From the IMG/VR virus record IMGVR_UViG_2703718861_000013: 64,000 nt of DNA; one strand, 5' to 3'. Of this stretch, positions 10,578 to 20,409 are shown piece by piece. Every line of letters starts with the position of its first letter. Within the stretch, counting starts at the first letter, position 1. A model generated the notes under the pieces. That model worked only from the letters and a program-made list of their open reading frames with translations, was not told the DNA's origin and ran no database searches. The translations under genes and the position numbers were made by a program. The stretch is from a virus. Its lineage: Duplodnaviria; Heunggongvirae; Uroviricota; Caudoviricetes.

Positions 10578-11504
10578 TCATTGGCTTACCTCCTTCGGCG
10601 GTTCTGGTAGCGGCATCCAGTGGGTTACTTCTTTGAGATGCAGGTCTTCGCCATCACCGTCATCCCAAGTGGGATTGCCATCATTAAACCAGTCGCCATA
10701 TACGCCGACCTGAGTGTTGGGGATGCTTGGTGGGTAGTTGTTTTTAAAGTCAGCTGCTAACACATAGTATTGTCGCTCTCCCATTTCTGGCATTCGATCA
10801 CTACAGCTTATCCAACCATCCGGAGTTACCGGAACTGGCGGAACGGCTGTTTGCTCTCGAACGTCATTAGTCGCTATCGGTTCTGCTGCCAACTGACTGG
10901 CATATTTGTTAATGGTAACGATAAGCTCTTGCTCAGCCTCATCCAGACAATCACCGATACCTCGCCTGTCACCGTCAAAATCATCGAAATCGGCACGAAT
11001 CTTGGCAACCTTCTGGATTGCGGACAACACCTCACTAGGAATTACCGGATAGTTGGTTGACGTTTCCGCGATTTCCCGAAAATTATTGGTTGACGAATTC
11101 TTGTTTTCCCGAAAGTTTCCGGACTGAAGCATGGCGGCGCGGCAGGCATTCCAGCCTCTTACCTCTGCAATAGCGGCAACCGCATCAACCGCGTACATGC
11201 TAAGAGGATTAGGCATTGGTTTTTCTTCCGGTACTACTGGTGCTGGAGGGGCGGCGTAAATGCCCTCTATCACTAAATGTTTGCGCTCAAAATCATCTGG
11301 CTCTCGATGATATACGTAACTCCAATCACCAAGGTTATCATTGCGCCTGCAACGGAAACCTATCGGCTCGGCTTCCAGCGCTGCCAGAGCAATTCGTGCC
11401 AGTTCTTCCGCTTCTTCTGCTGGCAGTACAACGTTGCTACCAGGTCCGTATGTTTCGCGCCACTGCTTGATTGTCAGTAGTCGCTCTTTGGTAATAGTGA
11501 TCAT
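10578..11504 (-). CDS. phage protein with DUF551-like C-terminus
   Basis: 308-aa ORF; C-terminal ...YGDWFNDGNPTWDDGDGEDLHLKEVTHWMPLPEPP pattern typical of DUF551 as I recall it. Confidence 0.55.
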   Translation of the reverse strand: MITITKERLLTIKQWRETYGPGSNVVLPAEEAEELARIALAALEAEPIGFRCRRNDNLGDWSYVYHREPDDFERKHLVIEGIYAAPPAPVVPEEKPMPNPLSMYAVDAVAAIAEVRGWNACRAAMLQSGNFRENKNSSTNNFREIAETSTNYPVIPSEVLSAIQKVAKIRADFDDFDGDRRGIGDCLDEAEQELIVTINKYASQLAAEPIATNDVREQTAVPPVPVTPDGWISCSDRMPEMGERQYYVLAADFKNNYPPSIPNTQVGVYGDWFNDGNPTWDDGDGEDLHLKEVTHWMPLPEPPKEVSQ

Positions 11505-12046
11505 GCCGCGTTTCCTTCTTTCTTATTAACAATTACACCGTCATATATTTCATTAAGGTGCCCTCTCAACTCCATGCGCCTTAATGCAGATAACATGTAA
11601 TCGCATTCAACCTGCTTATTCCCAATAAAAGGTTTATCTTCAGGGTTACCCCAACAGCAATTCCCCTTGGGCCATCCATGTACTTTCCGTACTCTTCCGT
11701 TAACAACGTGAAGTAATCCCCAGCCAGGTGGTAAATCCTCAATTGAAATAATTCCCGGCTCACTAATAAAGAATCGCCAGTCGCCCATTCCAAGAGACGG
11801 ATTTTTACGAAAACGCTTTTTTCTATCTGCCAACAAGTCAGCACGAGAACATTTCGCCTCTATCAGGCATGATGCTGAATTTCTGAATCCCATAGCATCT
11901 GGCTGTTCTCCGGTACTGGTTACAGCTATAAAGCGGTCATGAAAACAAACCTTGAACCCGTTGCGCTTAAGGAACTTGTACGCAATCTGACAGAGTTCGC
12001 GGTGTGTTAACGCCATATCACTCTCCTTTGATGCGAATGCCAGCAA
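11501..12046 (-). CDS. hypothetical phage protein, possible PD-(D/E)xK nuclease fold
   Basis: 181-aa ORF overlapping neighbours by 4 nt; D...E.K spacing (PDAMGF...CLIEAKCS). Confidence 0.45.
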   Translation of the reverse strand: MLAFASKESDMALTHRELCQIAYKFLKRNGFKVCFHDRFIAVTSTGEQPDAMGFRNSASCLIEAKCSRADLLADRKKRFRKNPSLGMGDWRFFISEPGIISIEDLPPGWGLLHVVNGRVRKVHGWPKGNCCWGNPEDKPFIGNKQVECDYMLSALRRMELRGHLNEIYDGVIVNKKEGNAA

Positions 12047-12968
12047 GCCAGTTTCTTATGCCGATATATTCAGCGTTCCGGAAACCGCTTTTTACATATA
12101 TAAATGGCAAGCGAAGATTGTGACCATTGACTGCCAGGTAGTCTTTACAACCCTGTTCGGTGAAACAGCAGGTAACGAATTCATCAATATCTTTCACAGC
12201 AACGCGCCGCCATTTTTCTGGTGGCTCTCGAAAGTTTTCATGAAGTAGCTCGAGACGACGACTATGGCGTTTATTGGCTTCATTGCCATCTTCGTCAACC
12301 CAGACAATCCGGTCATGGTCATAATCAGCATCAACAACGATTTCGCGCTTTTGATACACACAAAACATGGGATCTGACGTTATTCGATTGTCCTGTGTTC
12401 GAATATTTTCACCGATGATGCCAAACGAATCTGGTGCAGATTTTGTCTGCATCTCTTCGATACGTTCAGCCATCGCAGCACACTCTTCAAAGTTGCTTAA
12501 TGCTTTTCGCTCCCATTCGGCGCATTGTTTTTCCAGTTCTGCTATGCGCTTACTTCCATCCGCGATTACTCCCTCGTAATATTCACGCTGCTCGTTGAGT
12601 TTTGATTTTGCTGTTTCAAGCTCAACGCGCAGCTTCCCTACCGTAAGCGCAATATCCTCGTTCTCCTGGTCGCGGCGTTTGATGTATTGCTGGTTTCTTT
12701 CCCGTTCATCCAGCAGTGCCAGCACGGTAGCCGGATTGGCTGCGGCGATGAATTCAGCATTGGCCTGCTGTTCCATTTGGAAATCTTCATCGAAACCGCT
12801 TTCAGGATGTGCTCCTTCAATTCTGCAAATGGGAATATATCCAGCAGCCTCGCGATGAATTAGTGCATCATCACCATCAAATCGGTTCTCTCCATATTCG
12901 AGCGACCACTCACCACGCGTTGCTTTTTCTGCCTTTTCACGCAGTACCTGATAGTTAATCTCGCTCAT
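12018..12968 (-). CDS. Ea22-like lambdoid accessory protein
   Basis: N-terminus MSEINYQVLREKAEKATRGEW resembles Ea22-family starts; long coiled-coil middle. Confidence 0.5.
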   Translation of the reverse strand: MSEINYQVLREKAEKATRGEWSLEYGENRFDGDDALIHREAAGYIPICRIEGAHPESGFDEDFQMEQQANAEFIAAANPATVLALLDERERNQQYIKRRDQENEDIALTVGKLRVELETAKSKLNEQREYYEGVIADGSKRIAELEKQCAEWERKALSNFEECAAMAERIEEMQTKSAPDSFGIIGENIRTQDNRITSDPMFCVYQKREIVVDADYDHDRIVWVDEDGNEANKRHSRRLELLHENFREPPEKWRRVAVKDIDEFVTCCFTEQGCKDYLAVNGHNLRLPFIYVKSGFRNAEYIGIRNWLAGIRIKGE

Positions 12969-13239
12969 TTTTCTCTTCGCTCCGGTATACAAGAATTACA
13001 ACGTCACCTCTGCTAATTACGCGAGCTGGATCTCCTGGCTCCATGCTGTCAATCCCGAAGGCTTCGGAAAACGCATTCATTGCCTTCTGGCGTTGATCCT
13101 GCTTACGGCATTTATTCCATTTTTTCAGTAACAACAGCGATAGCCACCGCCCGGCGCAGAACATAATGTAAAAATAACCAAGAAGCGCCAGACCTGTGTT
13201 GAGGGCCGTATCGATCGTTATAGTGGTGTCTATGCTCAC
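12955..13239 (-). CDS. small hydrophobic protein
   Basis: 94-aa ORF in operon context, hydrophobic N-terminus. Confidence 0.4.
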   Translation of the reverse strand: MSIDTTITIDTALNTGLALLGYFYIMFCAGRWLSLLLLKKWNKCRKQDQRQKAMNAFSEAFGIDSMEPGDPARVISRGDVVILVYRSEEKNERD

Positions 13240-13457
13240 TTCACACCTCTCTGTTTGTTGATAAGTTCAATATCCTGCTGGCAACTGGCGCAAGTTCGGC
13301 ATCCGCGAACAGCCTGGCGTCGCCGCTCATCTATCGGATCGCCACACTCGCAACAATGAGTAGCAGATGGGGCATTACTTTCGGATTTGTATTTTTGCAG
13401 GGAGAGATTGCGCTGCAATTCTTCGATTTCAGCGGCATTGTCGATGATATCTGCCAT
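13236..13457 (-). CDS. TraR/DksA-type C4 zinc-finger protein
   Basis: 73 aa with CCECGDPI...CRTCASC four-cysteine spacing. Confidence 0.6.
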   Translation of the reverse strand: MADIIDNAAEIEELQRNLSLQKYKSESNAPSATHCCECGDPIDERRRQAVRGCRTCASCQQDIELINKQRGVK

Positions 13458-13504
13458 TTTCCTTTCCTTCAGGCATGAAAAAAGGAGCCGAAGCTCCTTT
13501 GGTA

Positions 13505-14128
13505 TCAGAATTCAAATTGTCTTGCTCTTAGTTGCGCTAGCATACTTCTGGCCCTATGCACCATATAGTTGGCGGGATCAAGTTTTGCTGCTTCGCGGAG
13601 CAATGTGTCGCGAGTCCGGTTGGTTATATGACGAGTCTCGTAGGCCAGATCAAACAGTTTCCCGTAGTAATCAGAATTCAGTTCTCTCATGACGGGGTAT
13701 AGCTGCTTACTGAGTTGTTGTGCTTTTTCCATCCAGAGTTGAACGTAGCAGAGCAGGATGATGTCTTCTGCTGTGAATTGCTGCTCAGTTTGTACTGGCT
13801 GAATGTTGCGAAGTTTCTTTTCGCACTCGATGAAGTATCGGCGTATCTGGCGGCCTTTTTCGTTACGTTCAACCATCGCAAGCTCTTTGGCTGTGTCGAG
13901 GGTGAGGTGGTAATCCTTGCGGCGGCGGCCTGGAGTTTTCGCCAAATTTGGCGAAAATAGAATGTAGTCTAAATTTTCTACGAATCCATACTCGTTTAGC
14001 TTGGCCCGTATCCAGTTAGAAAAATCTTTACCTACCTCTAAAAATCCATGCAAATCACGCGCGTTCACCAGAAGCGTAGGTTCATTTGAGATTGTACCTT
14101 CAAACACAGGGATGAGTTGAGTGGTCAT
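13505..14128 (-). CDS. AntA-like phage antirepressor
   Basis: MTTQLIPVFEG...LLVNARDLHGFLEV...FSNWI...DYHLTLDTAKELAMVERNEKGRQIRRYFIECE; RBS AAGGAGG before the internal Met chosen as start. Confidence 0.6.
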   Translation of the reverse strand: MTTQLIPVFEGTISNEPTLLVNARDLHGFLEVGKDFSNWIRAKLNEYGFVENLDYILFSPNLAKTPGRRRKDYHLTLDTAKELAMVERNEKGRQIRRYFIECEKKLRNIQPVQTEQQFTAEDIILLCYVQLWMEKAQQLSKQLYPVMRELNSDYYGKLFDLAYETRHITNRTRDTLLREAAKLDPANYMVHRARSMLAQLRARQFEF

Positions 14129-14377
14129 GATGACCTCCTTTGGCTTTTTTCGAGAAATGCCACCACAAAATGTGGTGCCGGGAGGCTCGAAACGGCCCAA
14201 AAGATACCGCGGACTTATTCCCCTTGCGGGTGTTGTATTCGTCGCCCTCCCGACATTGATCGGGGATGTGACCGCACACTGTGCTATCACTGAATAACAG
14301 GCATAAAAAATCCAACACTGACGGGGTTGGTTTAATCCGCTTTTGGGAGGTTTTCGAGGCCTCGGCGCGGAGTATAG

Positions 14378-14665
14378 TCAGTATTGGACGCAGTCGTCAA
14401 CCATCGCCGTTTCTTTGGCTGTGTCGAGGGTGAGGTGGTAATCCTTGCGGTTGTGACCGCCTCTACCAGATGTTTGCTTTCCCAAATTGGAAAGCAAAAT
14501 ATAGTCTTGATTTTCAATGAATTCGTATTCTGAAATGCGATTTGTAATCCATGCCGCAAACACCTTTTTCACGCCTAAAAAAGCATGCAGATCGCGGGCA
14601 TTGCAGAGTAGGGCTGTTTCGTTGTCGATAGTGCCGTTGAATACGGGGATGAGTTGATTAGCCAT
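14378..14665 (-). CDS. truncated paralogue of the AntA N-terminal domain (95 aa)
   Basis: MANQLIPVFNGTIDNE...NARDLHAFL...DYHLTLDTAKE; shares a 36-bp identical stretch with the upstream paralogue. Confidence 0.45.
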   Translation of the reverse strand: MANQLIPVFNGTIDNETALLCNARDLHAFLGVKKVFAAWITNRISEYEFIENQDYILLSNLGKQTSGRGGHNRKDYHLTLDTAKETAMVDDCVQY

Positions 14666-14992
14666 AATTATGACTCCTGACGTTTTAGTATTGACTGCCA
14701 CCTTAGTGGGGTGGCGGGCTTCAACTACCGCGTCAGACGGCGGAGCGTATTTCCCGAAAGGGTATTGTATTAGGCTCTCTCGACCCGCCATTGATATGGC
14801 GATACCTGTAAACAGGCATAAAAAAGCCGCAAAGCTATCGGGTGCGGTTGACCGCTGACGTTGTAGTGCAGTCAGTATGCGATAGCTCTGGCAGATTTGT
14901 CAAATCGTGCAGTAACATCCTTTTCTTCCTTGCCATTTCTCAATGATGACAAAGGGTGGATTCGGATTGGTATTGGGACAAAAGTGAGACAC

Positions 14993-15026
14993 ACAAAGCT
15001 TTGCATCGGCTTACAAAGCTTTGCAT
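14993..15026. repeat. two 14-bp direct copies of acaaagctttgcat, each containing the palindrome caaagctttg, 20 bp centre to centre
   Basis: Read directly; sits ~75-105 bp inside the element end next to ynfG. Confidence 0.6.
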
Positions 15027-15099
15027 GTTTTTCAATGTTGGGACGTGTGAGCGCAGAAATGACGGGCTATCTAATTGATTTTAAACGATACGTAACCAA

Positions 15100-15184
15100 C
15101 TTTAAAATCTTTGCACGCCAGTTCGCAGGTTTTACAGCCAGTACAGCGGCTGGAATCGATAAAAAATCCATATTGTGTGGTCAT
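15100..15184 (-). pseudogene. ynfG: 5' fragment of ynfG (Fe-S subunit of DMSO-reductase-family enzyme), truncated by insertion
   Basis: Minus strand reads MTTQYGFFIDSSRCTGCKTCELACKDFK then diverges into VGYVSFKIN-stop. Confidence 0.8.
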
Positions 15185-15194
15185 GGGCTACTCC

Positions 15195-17621
15195 TTAAAC
15201 CTTTTCGATCTGGACAAGATTGCTGTGCGACGGGTTTCCCTTTGCCAGCGGTGAAGGGCGGTGAGAGGTCAGAATATTGATACTGCCGCCGTGATCGACC
15301 CGGTCACCAAACATATCCGCTTTAAGCCACGCACCTTGCCCGATGGCGGTAACGCCAGGCAGAATACGCGGAGTCACTTTTGCGGCAATCAGCATTTCTC
15401 CATTATTGTTAAATACCCGCACGGTATCGCCATGACGGATACCGCGTGCCTGAGCATCAATGGGGTTGATCCACACCTCTTGTGGGCAGGCCTGCTGTAA
15501 CACATCAATATTGCCGTAGCTGGAGTGGGTACGCGCTTTGTAGTGGAAGCCCGTTAACTGCAGTGGATAGGTTTTCCGCAGGGGATCGTCCCAGCCATCA
15601 AAACCTGGGGTATACGCAGGAAGGGGATGAATAATTTCATCTTTTTTCAATTCCCAGGTATCTGCAATCTTCGCCAGTCGTTCAGAATAAATTTCGATTT
15701 TCCCCGAAGGTGTTTTCAACGGGTTTGCCTGTGGATCTTCACGGAATGCGCGGAAAGCGACGTAGTGTTCTTCCGGGCATTTTTTCTTAAAGATCCCGGT
15801 CGTTTTCATCTCCTCGTAGTCGGGCATCTCAGGGTTACGTTCCTTCGTTTTCGCATGGAGATATTTGATCCATTCATGCTGACTGCGACCTTCAGTAAAG
15901 GTTTGATAAACGTCTGGTCCTAAGCGTTTGGCGACTTCACTCAGCATCCAGTAGATGGGTTTGCGTTCAAATTTTGCTGAGGTTGCGGGTTGGGCGAGGA
16001 TCACATAGCCCATATTCCCTGCAGATTCATGAGAGATAAGGTCTTCTTGCTCTGTTGGCATCAGGTCGGGCAACAGGATATCGCAATACTTAGCCGAGGC
16101 CGTCATGAAGAGGTCAATGCCAACAATCATCTCGCACTTGCTGTCATCCTGAAGCACCTCATGGGTGTGATTGATGTCGCCATGTTGATTGATCAATGTG
16201 TTACTGGCGTAGCACCATAAAAACTTGATGGGGACATCCAGTTTTTCTTTTCCACGAACACCATCACGGGTCGCGGTCATTTCCGTACCATGGTCGATGG
16301 CATCTGTCCATGTAAAGACGGAAATCTGCGTTTTAACAGGATTCTCAAGCATCGGGAACCATTCTACCCCCAGATCCCAGCTACCTTCGCGTACACCTGA
16401 GTTGCCGCCGTTTATGCCGACGTTACCGGTGAGAACGGAAAGCATGGCAATAGCGCGGGACGTTTGCTCGCCGTTGGAATGTCGTTGTGGCCCCCAACCC
16501 TGACAAATATAAGCAGGTTTTGCTGAACCGATCTCTCGTGCCAACTGGATAATTTTTTCTGCCGGGATGCTGGTGATTTTTGCTGCCCATTCCGGCGTTT
16601 TAGCTATGCCGTCAGGCCCTTCGCCCAGAATATAGGCTTTATAATGCGCGTTACGTGGTGCGTTGGCGGGCAGCGTTTTTTCATCGTAACCAACACAATA
16701 TTTGTCGAGAAATGGCTGATCGACCATGTTTTCAGTAATCAGTACCCAGGCAATCGCACAGGCCAGTGCGCCATCGGTGCCAGGGCGAATGGGCAGCCAT
16801 TCATCTTCACGCCCGGCAGCAGTGTCGTTATAACGTGGATCGATGACGATCATGCGTGCGTTTGAACGTTCGCGGGCTTGCTCGACGTAGTAAGTGACAC
16901 CACCGCCGCTCATCCGCGTTTCTGCCGGGTTATTTCCGAACATAACGACCAGTTTCGTATTGGCGATATCATCCGGGCTGTTGCCATCATTGGCACCGAA
17001 CATATAACTCATTGCGGCACTGATCTGTGCGGTACTGTAGCTGCCATAGCGACTGAGAAAACCACCGCAAGAGTTCATCAGACGGTACGGGACGTTTGAG
17101 TTGGTGATGTTTCCGCCATCTACGCCTGTTCCGTACAGGACATGTACAGCCTCATTGCCGTAATCTTTCAGGATCCGCCGAAGATTATCACTGATGGTAT
17201 CCAGGGCTTCGTCCCAACTTATCCGTTCAAATTTACCTTCACCGCGCTTGCCGACGCGCTTCATGGGATATTTCAACCTATCAGGATGATTCATCCGTCG
17301 GCGGATAGAGCGCCCGCGTAAACACGCTCGAACCTGATGGTTACCGTAGACGTCGTCACCTGTCGTATCAGACTCCACCCAGTACACGGTGTCATCTTTC
17401 ACATGCAAACGTAACAGACAGCGGCTCCCGCAGTTAACGGTGCAGGAACTCCAGACCGCTTTCTCTTCTACCGGAGCCTCTGCCGCCCGGACCATTTGGG
17501 AAAATGGCAGAGTGAAAGCACTGCTTGCCAGCGCAAGACTGCCAAGTGCGGAGGTTTTCATCAGACTTCTACGGCTGATTTCAGCCTTCATGAGCGCCTC
17601 TGTGGTATGGATTTTCATCAT
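15195..17621 (-). CDS. ynfF: DMSO-reductase-family molybdopterin oxidoreductase catalytic subunit (selenate reductase paralogue), Tat signal
   Basis: 808-aa ORF; RRSLMK twin-arginine signal; CTVNCGSRC 4Fe-4S motif. Confidence 0.9.
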   Translation of the reverse strand: MMKIHTTEALMKAEISRRSLMKTSALGSLALASSAFTLPFSQMVRAAEAPVEEKAVWSSCTVNCGSRCLLRLHVKDDTVYWVESDTTGDDVYGNHQVRACLRGRSIRRRMNHPDRLKYPMKRVGKRGEGKFERISWDEALDTISDNLRRILKDYGNEAVHVLYGTGVDGGNITNSNVPYRLMNSCGGFLSRYGSYSTAQISAAMSYMFGANDGNSPDDIANTKLVVMFGNNPAETRMSGGGVTYYVEQARERSNARMIVIDPRYNDTAAGREDEWLPIRPGTDGALACAIAWVLITENMVDQPFLDKYCVGYDEKTLPANAPRNAHYKAYILGEGPDGIAKTPEWAAKITSIPAEKIIQLAREIGSAKPAYICQGWGPQRHSNGEQTSRAIAMLSVLTGNVGINGGNSGVREGSWDLGVEWFPMLENPVKTQISVFTWTDAIDHGTEMTATRDGVRGKEKLDVPIKFLWCYASNTLINQHGDINHTHEVLQDDSKCEMIVGIDLFMTASAKYCDILLPDLMPTEQEDLISHESAGNMGYVILAQPATSAKFERKPIYWMLSEVAKRLGPDVYQTFTEGRSQHEWIKYLHAKTKERNPEMPDYEEMKTTGIFKKKCPEEHYVAFRAFREDPQANPLKTPSGKIEIYSERLAKIADTWELKKDEIIHPLPAYTPGFDGWDDPLRKTYPLQLTGFHYKARTHSSYGNIDVLQQACPQEVWINPIDAQARGIRHGDTVRVFNNNGEMLIAAKVTPRILPGVTAIGQGAWLKADMFGDRVDHGGSINILTSHRPSPLAKGNPSHSNLVQIEKV

Positions 17622-17678
17622 TACTCACTTATTGCTTTTCAAACAAAATGTCATGCCAGAATTTATGATTGTCGTGGG

Positions 17679-18705
17679 TTATATTTTTTCGATCTCGACC
17701 AGATTAGTGTGCTGCGGGTTTCCCTTCGCCAGTGGTGAAGGGCGCAGAGTGGTTAGCGTATTCACACAGCCGCCATGGTCGATTTTATCGCCAGACATAT
17801 TGGCCTCGTGCCAGGCTCCCTGGCCCATAGCGCTAACTCCAGGGAGAATACGTGGTGTTACTTTGGCTGGTAGCCGAACTTCGCCACGATGGTTAAACAC
17901 CCGCACCATATCGCCGTTGGCAATCCCACGTTTCTGCGCATCTATAGGGTTGATCCACACCTCCTGACGGCAGGCAGCCTTCAGGAGATCAATATTGCCG
18001 TAGGTCGAGTGAGTACGGGATTTGTAATGGAAACCAAACAGTTGCAGTGGGAAGGTTCTACGTTCAGGGGAGTCCCAGCCTTCAAAGGTAGAGGCATAAA
18101 CTGGCAGTGGGCTTATCACTTCATCTTTTTCCAGTTCCCAGGTACGGGCAATTTCCGCCAGCTTGCTGGAATAAATTTCAATCTTACCGGAAGGTGTTTT
18201 AAGTGGATTTGCCTCGGGGTCGTCACGAAATGCTTTGTAGGCGACAAAATGACCATTGGGATCTTTACGCTTATAGATACCCATTTTTTTCAGTTCGTCG
18301 TAAGACGGTAACGCCGGATCTTTGGCAAGCATTTTGGCGTACAGATGTTGTAACCATTGTTCCTGCGTGCGACCTTCAGTGAACTTTTGATAGACGTCAG
18401 GTCCAAGACGTTTCGCGACTTCACTCAGGATCCAGTAAATCGGTTTGCGTTCGAATTTTTCGCTGGTGACAGGCTGGAGGAAAATGAGATATCCCATGTT
18501 ACCGGCGTAGTCGTTAGGAATAATATCTTCCTGCTCAACGGTCATCAGGTCTGGCAGCAGAATGTCGGCATATTTTGCCGATGAGGTCATAAAGTTTTCG
18601 ATGACCACAATCATTTCGCATTTCGATTCGTCCTGCAGAATTTCATGCGTTTTGTTGATGTCAGAATGCTGATTAACGAGGGTATTTCCCGCGTAGTTCC
18701 AGATG
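17679..18705 (-). pseudogene. ynfE: 3' part of ynfE, separated from its 5' part by the 6.5-kb insertion
   Basis: Frame reads ...IWNYAGNTLVNQHSDINKTH... to a normal C-terminus; upstream codons are element-derived. Confidence 0.85.
18695..18705. repeat. left copy of 11-bp direct repeat agttccagatg (candidate att core)
   Basis: Identical 11-mer at 25258-25268; both lie at the ynfE/element junctions. Confidence 0.6.
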
Positions 18706-18770
18706 GACTCCATTGTCAGACGGATGGATGGACTTGAAGTAGTTGACTCAATGCTACTTAAGGTCCTGAT

Positions 18771-20354
18771 ATGACTGACATTAACCATGATAATACTGTA
18801 TATCCATCCAGTTCTTTCTCTGGGTCTCCCTATCTGTATCAGCAAGTCTGCACCTCAAGTCCTGACACAAGGCTGACACAAATCAATCTACTCAGCGTAG
18901 CTAAGCCTCAGTTAGTCCGTAGAGCCAATGGTCGATATACTATCCGCTTCAGACTCAAGGGACAGACCATCCCGTTTCTTTCAGTATCGACCCGAAGCAC
19001 AGACAGGAGAGTAGCCACAATGCGTCAGAGAGAGCTTGCAGCCACAGCTAAGTCCTTCATGTTGGATAGGCCTGATGTCTCGCTACAGGAGCTTACGGAC
19101 CACCTCCGGTCTATGGCTGAGCAGTTCCTGACAGACGCCAGTGATGACTACTGGAATGGACTTGAGGTCGCTACTCTGGTGGACGAGAAGTCCAACCTGA
19201 AGGAGCTAGCCGCTACGCAAGCCTTGAGTCTGGACCAGCAGAAGGGCATAAGGTTAGCGCTTGAAGTCCTGACCGCAGCACAGCAGAGGGTAGACACTGG
19301 TGATGCCTCTGGTCTGATTAAGCTGATTGATGATAATAACCATACTGATTACTCAACTATAGGCGACTCTACGTCAATTCTGAAGAATGAGCAGGGGGAT
19401 AGACCAGCAGTTTTCACACAGGAGCGTCAGCCATCTGTGGTTTTTTCAAGCCTAGTGTCCTCGCTGCTGGCTGAGAAGGTCCAGACCCTGAAGTCCTCCA
19501 GCTACAAGGACCTGTCGTCCTCACTGAATACCGTCTCTCGGTTCTTACCTGAAGACATGGACCTGATGTCCCGCTCTGAGTGGCTGGCTGTCAGGGACTC
19601 CATGCTGGCTGCTGAGGTGAGACCATCGACAATCAACAAGCTGCTGACTAAGGCGAAGATGTGTCTTGATTATGGCCTGATGAATGGGCAACTTGAGGGC
19701 CGCAACCCTATTGAACGGATGAAGCTGACCAAGGATATCGACTCCAAGCGCAGAGCGTTCACAGACGAGGAGCTGGAGAGACTTCTGGTCCGTGTTGAGT
19801 CTGAGTATCAGTTCACACGACACACGGCTCACACGACCTCTGAGGCCCGTAGATGGGCGTCTCTGGTGTCTGTGGTCACTGGCGCGAGGTCTGCTGAAGT
19901 CTGCCACCTGACTAAACGTGACATTGTCACCTTAGACAACGGTTTAACCTGCATCGACATCAATGAAGATGGGGACGGTAAGTCTGTGAAGAACAAACAT
20001 TCAGTCCGACTTGTACCGCTGACCGATGGGGCCTGTGGGTTCGACCTGAAGTCCTTCCTTGAATGGGTAGACACGCAGCCTGACGACGGCGGTCCTCTCT
20101 TCGGGATGACTCCGAGCGCCTACTCTAGCTGGTTTAACTCTAGGGTCCTGACTGAGGCACTGGGAGACGCTGAGAACGTTTCTCTCCATAGTCTGAGGCA
20201 TTGGCTGGCGACCCGAATGAAAGAGCGTGGAGTCAATCTGGTGGACGCTCAGGGCATCTTAGGCCATAGCAGTCAGTCAATTACGTATGACCTGTACGGG
20301 AAAGGACACGCTGTTGGTAGGCTGGCTGAGGTGCTGAAGACAGCTTTACTTTAA
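18771..20354 (+). CDS. int: tyrosine recombinase (integrase); start codon uncertain
   Basis: C-terminal R...HSLRHWLATRM...GHSSQSITYDLYG signature; arm-type repeats overlap the 5' end of the longest ORF, so the true start may lie downstream. Confidence 0.85.
   Translation: MTDINHDNTVYPSSSFSGSPYLYQQVCTSSPDTRLTQINLLSVAKPQLVRRANGRYTIRFRLKGQTIPFLSVSTRSTDRRVATMRQRELAATAKSFMLDRPDVSLQELTDHLRSMAEQFLTDASDDYWNGLEVATLVDEKSNLKELAATQALSLDQQKGIRLALEVLTAAQQRVDTGDASGLIKLIDDNNHTDYSTIGDSTSILKNEQGDRPAVFTQERQPSVVFSSLVSSLLAEKVQTLKSSSYKDLSSSLNTVSRFLPEDMDLMSRSEWLAVRDSMLAAEVRPSTINKLLTKAKMCLDYGLMNGQLEGRNPIERMKLTKDIDSKRRAFTDEELERLLVRVESEYQFTRHTAHTTSEARRWASLVSVVTGARSAEVCHLTKRDIVTLDNGLTCIDINEDGDGKSVKNKHSVRLVPLTDGACGFDLKSFLEWVDTQPDDGGPLFGMTPSAYSSWFNSRVLTEALGDAENVSLHSLRHWLATRMKERGVNLVDAQGILGHSSQSITYDLYGKGHAVGRLAEVLKTALL
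18863..18881 (+). repeat. two direct copies of tgacacaa (arm-type site candidates, left end)
   Basis: ctgacacaaggctgacacaaa; three further copies at 25170-25200. Confidence 0.5.
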
Positions 20355-20361
20355 GTAGGAA

Positions 20362-20409
20362 GACCCAAGGTGGAGACCATATACGGCTTGATGGTTGAGA
20401 CCTTGGGTC
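20362..20409 (+). other. perfect 9-bp inverted repeat (gacccaagg / ccttgggtc) with 30-nt spacer just after int
   Basis: Read directly; possible terminator or RNA processing hairpin. Confidence 0.4.

Larger units (their letters stand above)
1..15099. mobile_element. right-hand part of a phage-like element inserted in ynfG (continues beyond the left edge)
   Basis: Phage-type genes throughout; ynfG reading frame breaks at 15099/15100. Confidence 0.65.

Noticed and set aside
14897-15280. 127-aa plus-strand ORF spanning the element/ynfG junction
   Set aside because: Crosses the insertion junction and is antisense to the ynfG start and ynfF end; chimeric artefact.
15261-18584. Plus-strand ORFs inside ynfF and the ynfE 3' part
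   Set aside because: Antisense to well-supported oxidoreductase genes.
18771-19020. Calling the integrase start firmly at 18771
   Set aside because: The arm-type repeats lie inside this 5' extension; a downstream start is equally plausible, so the start is left uncertain.
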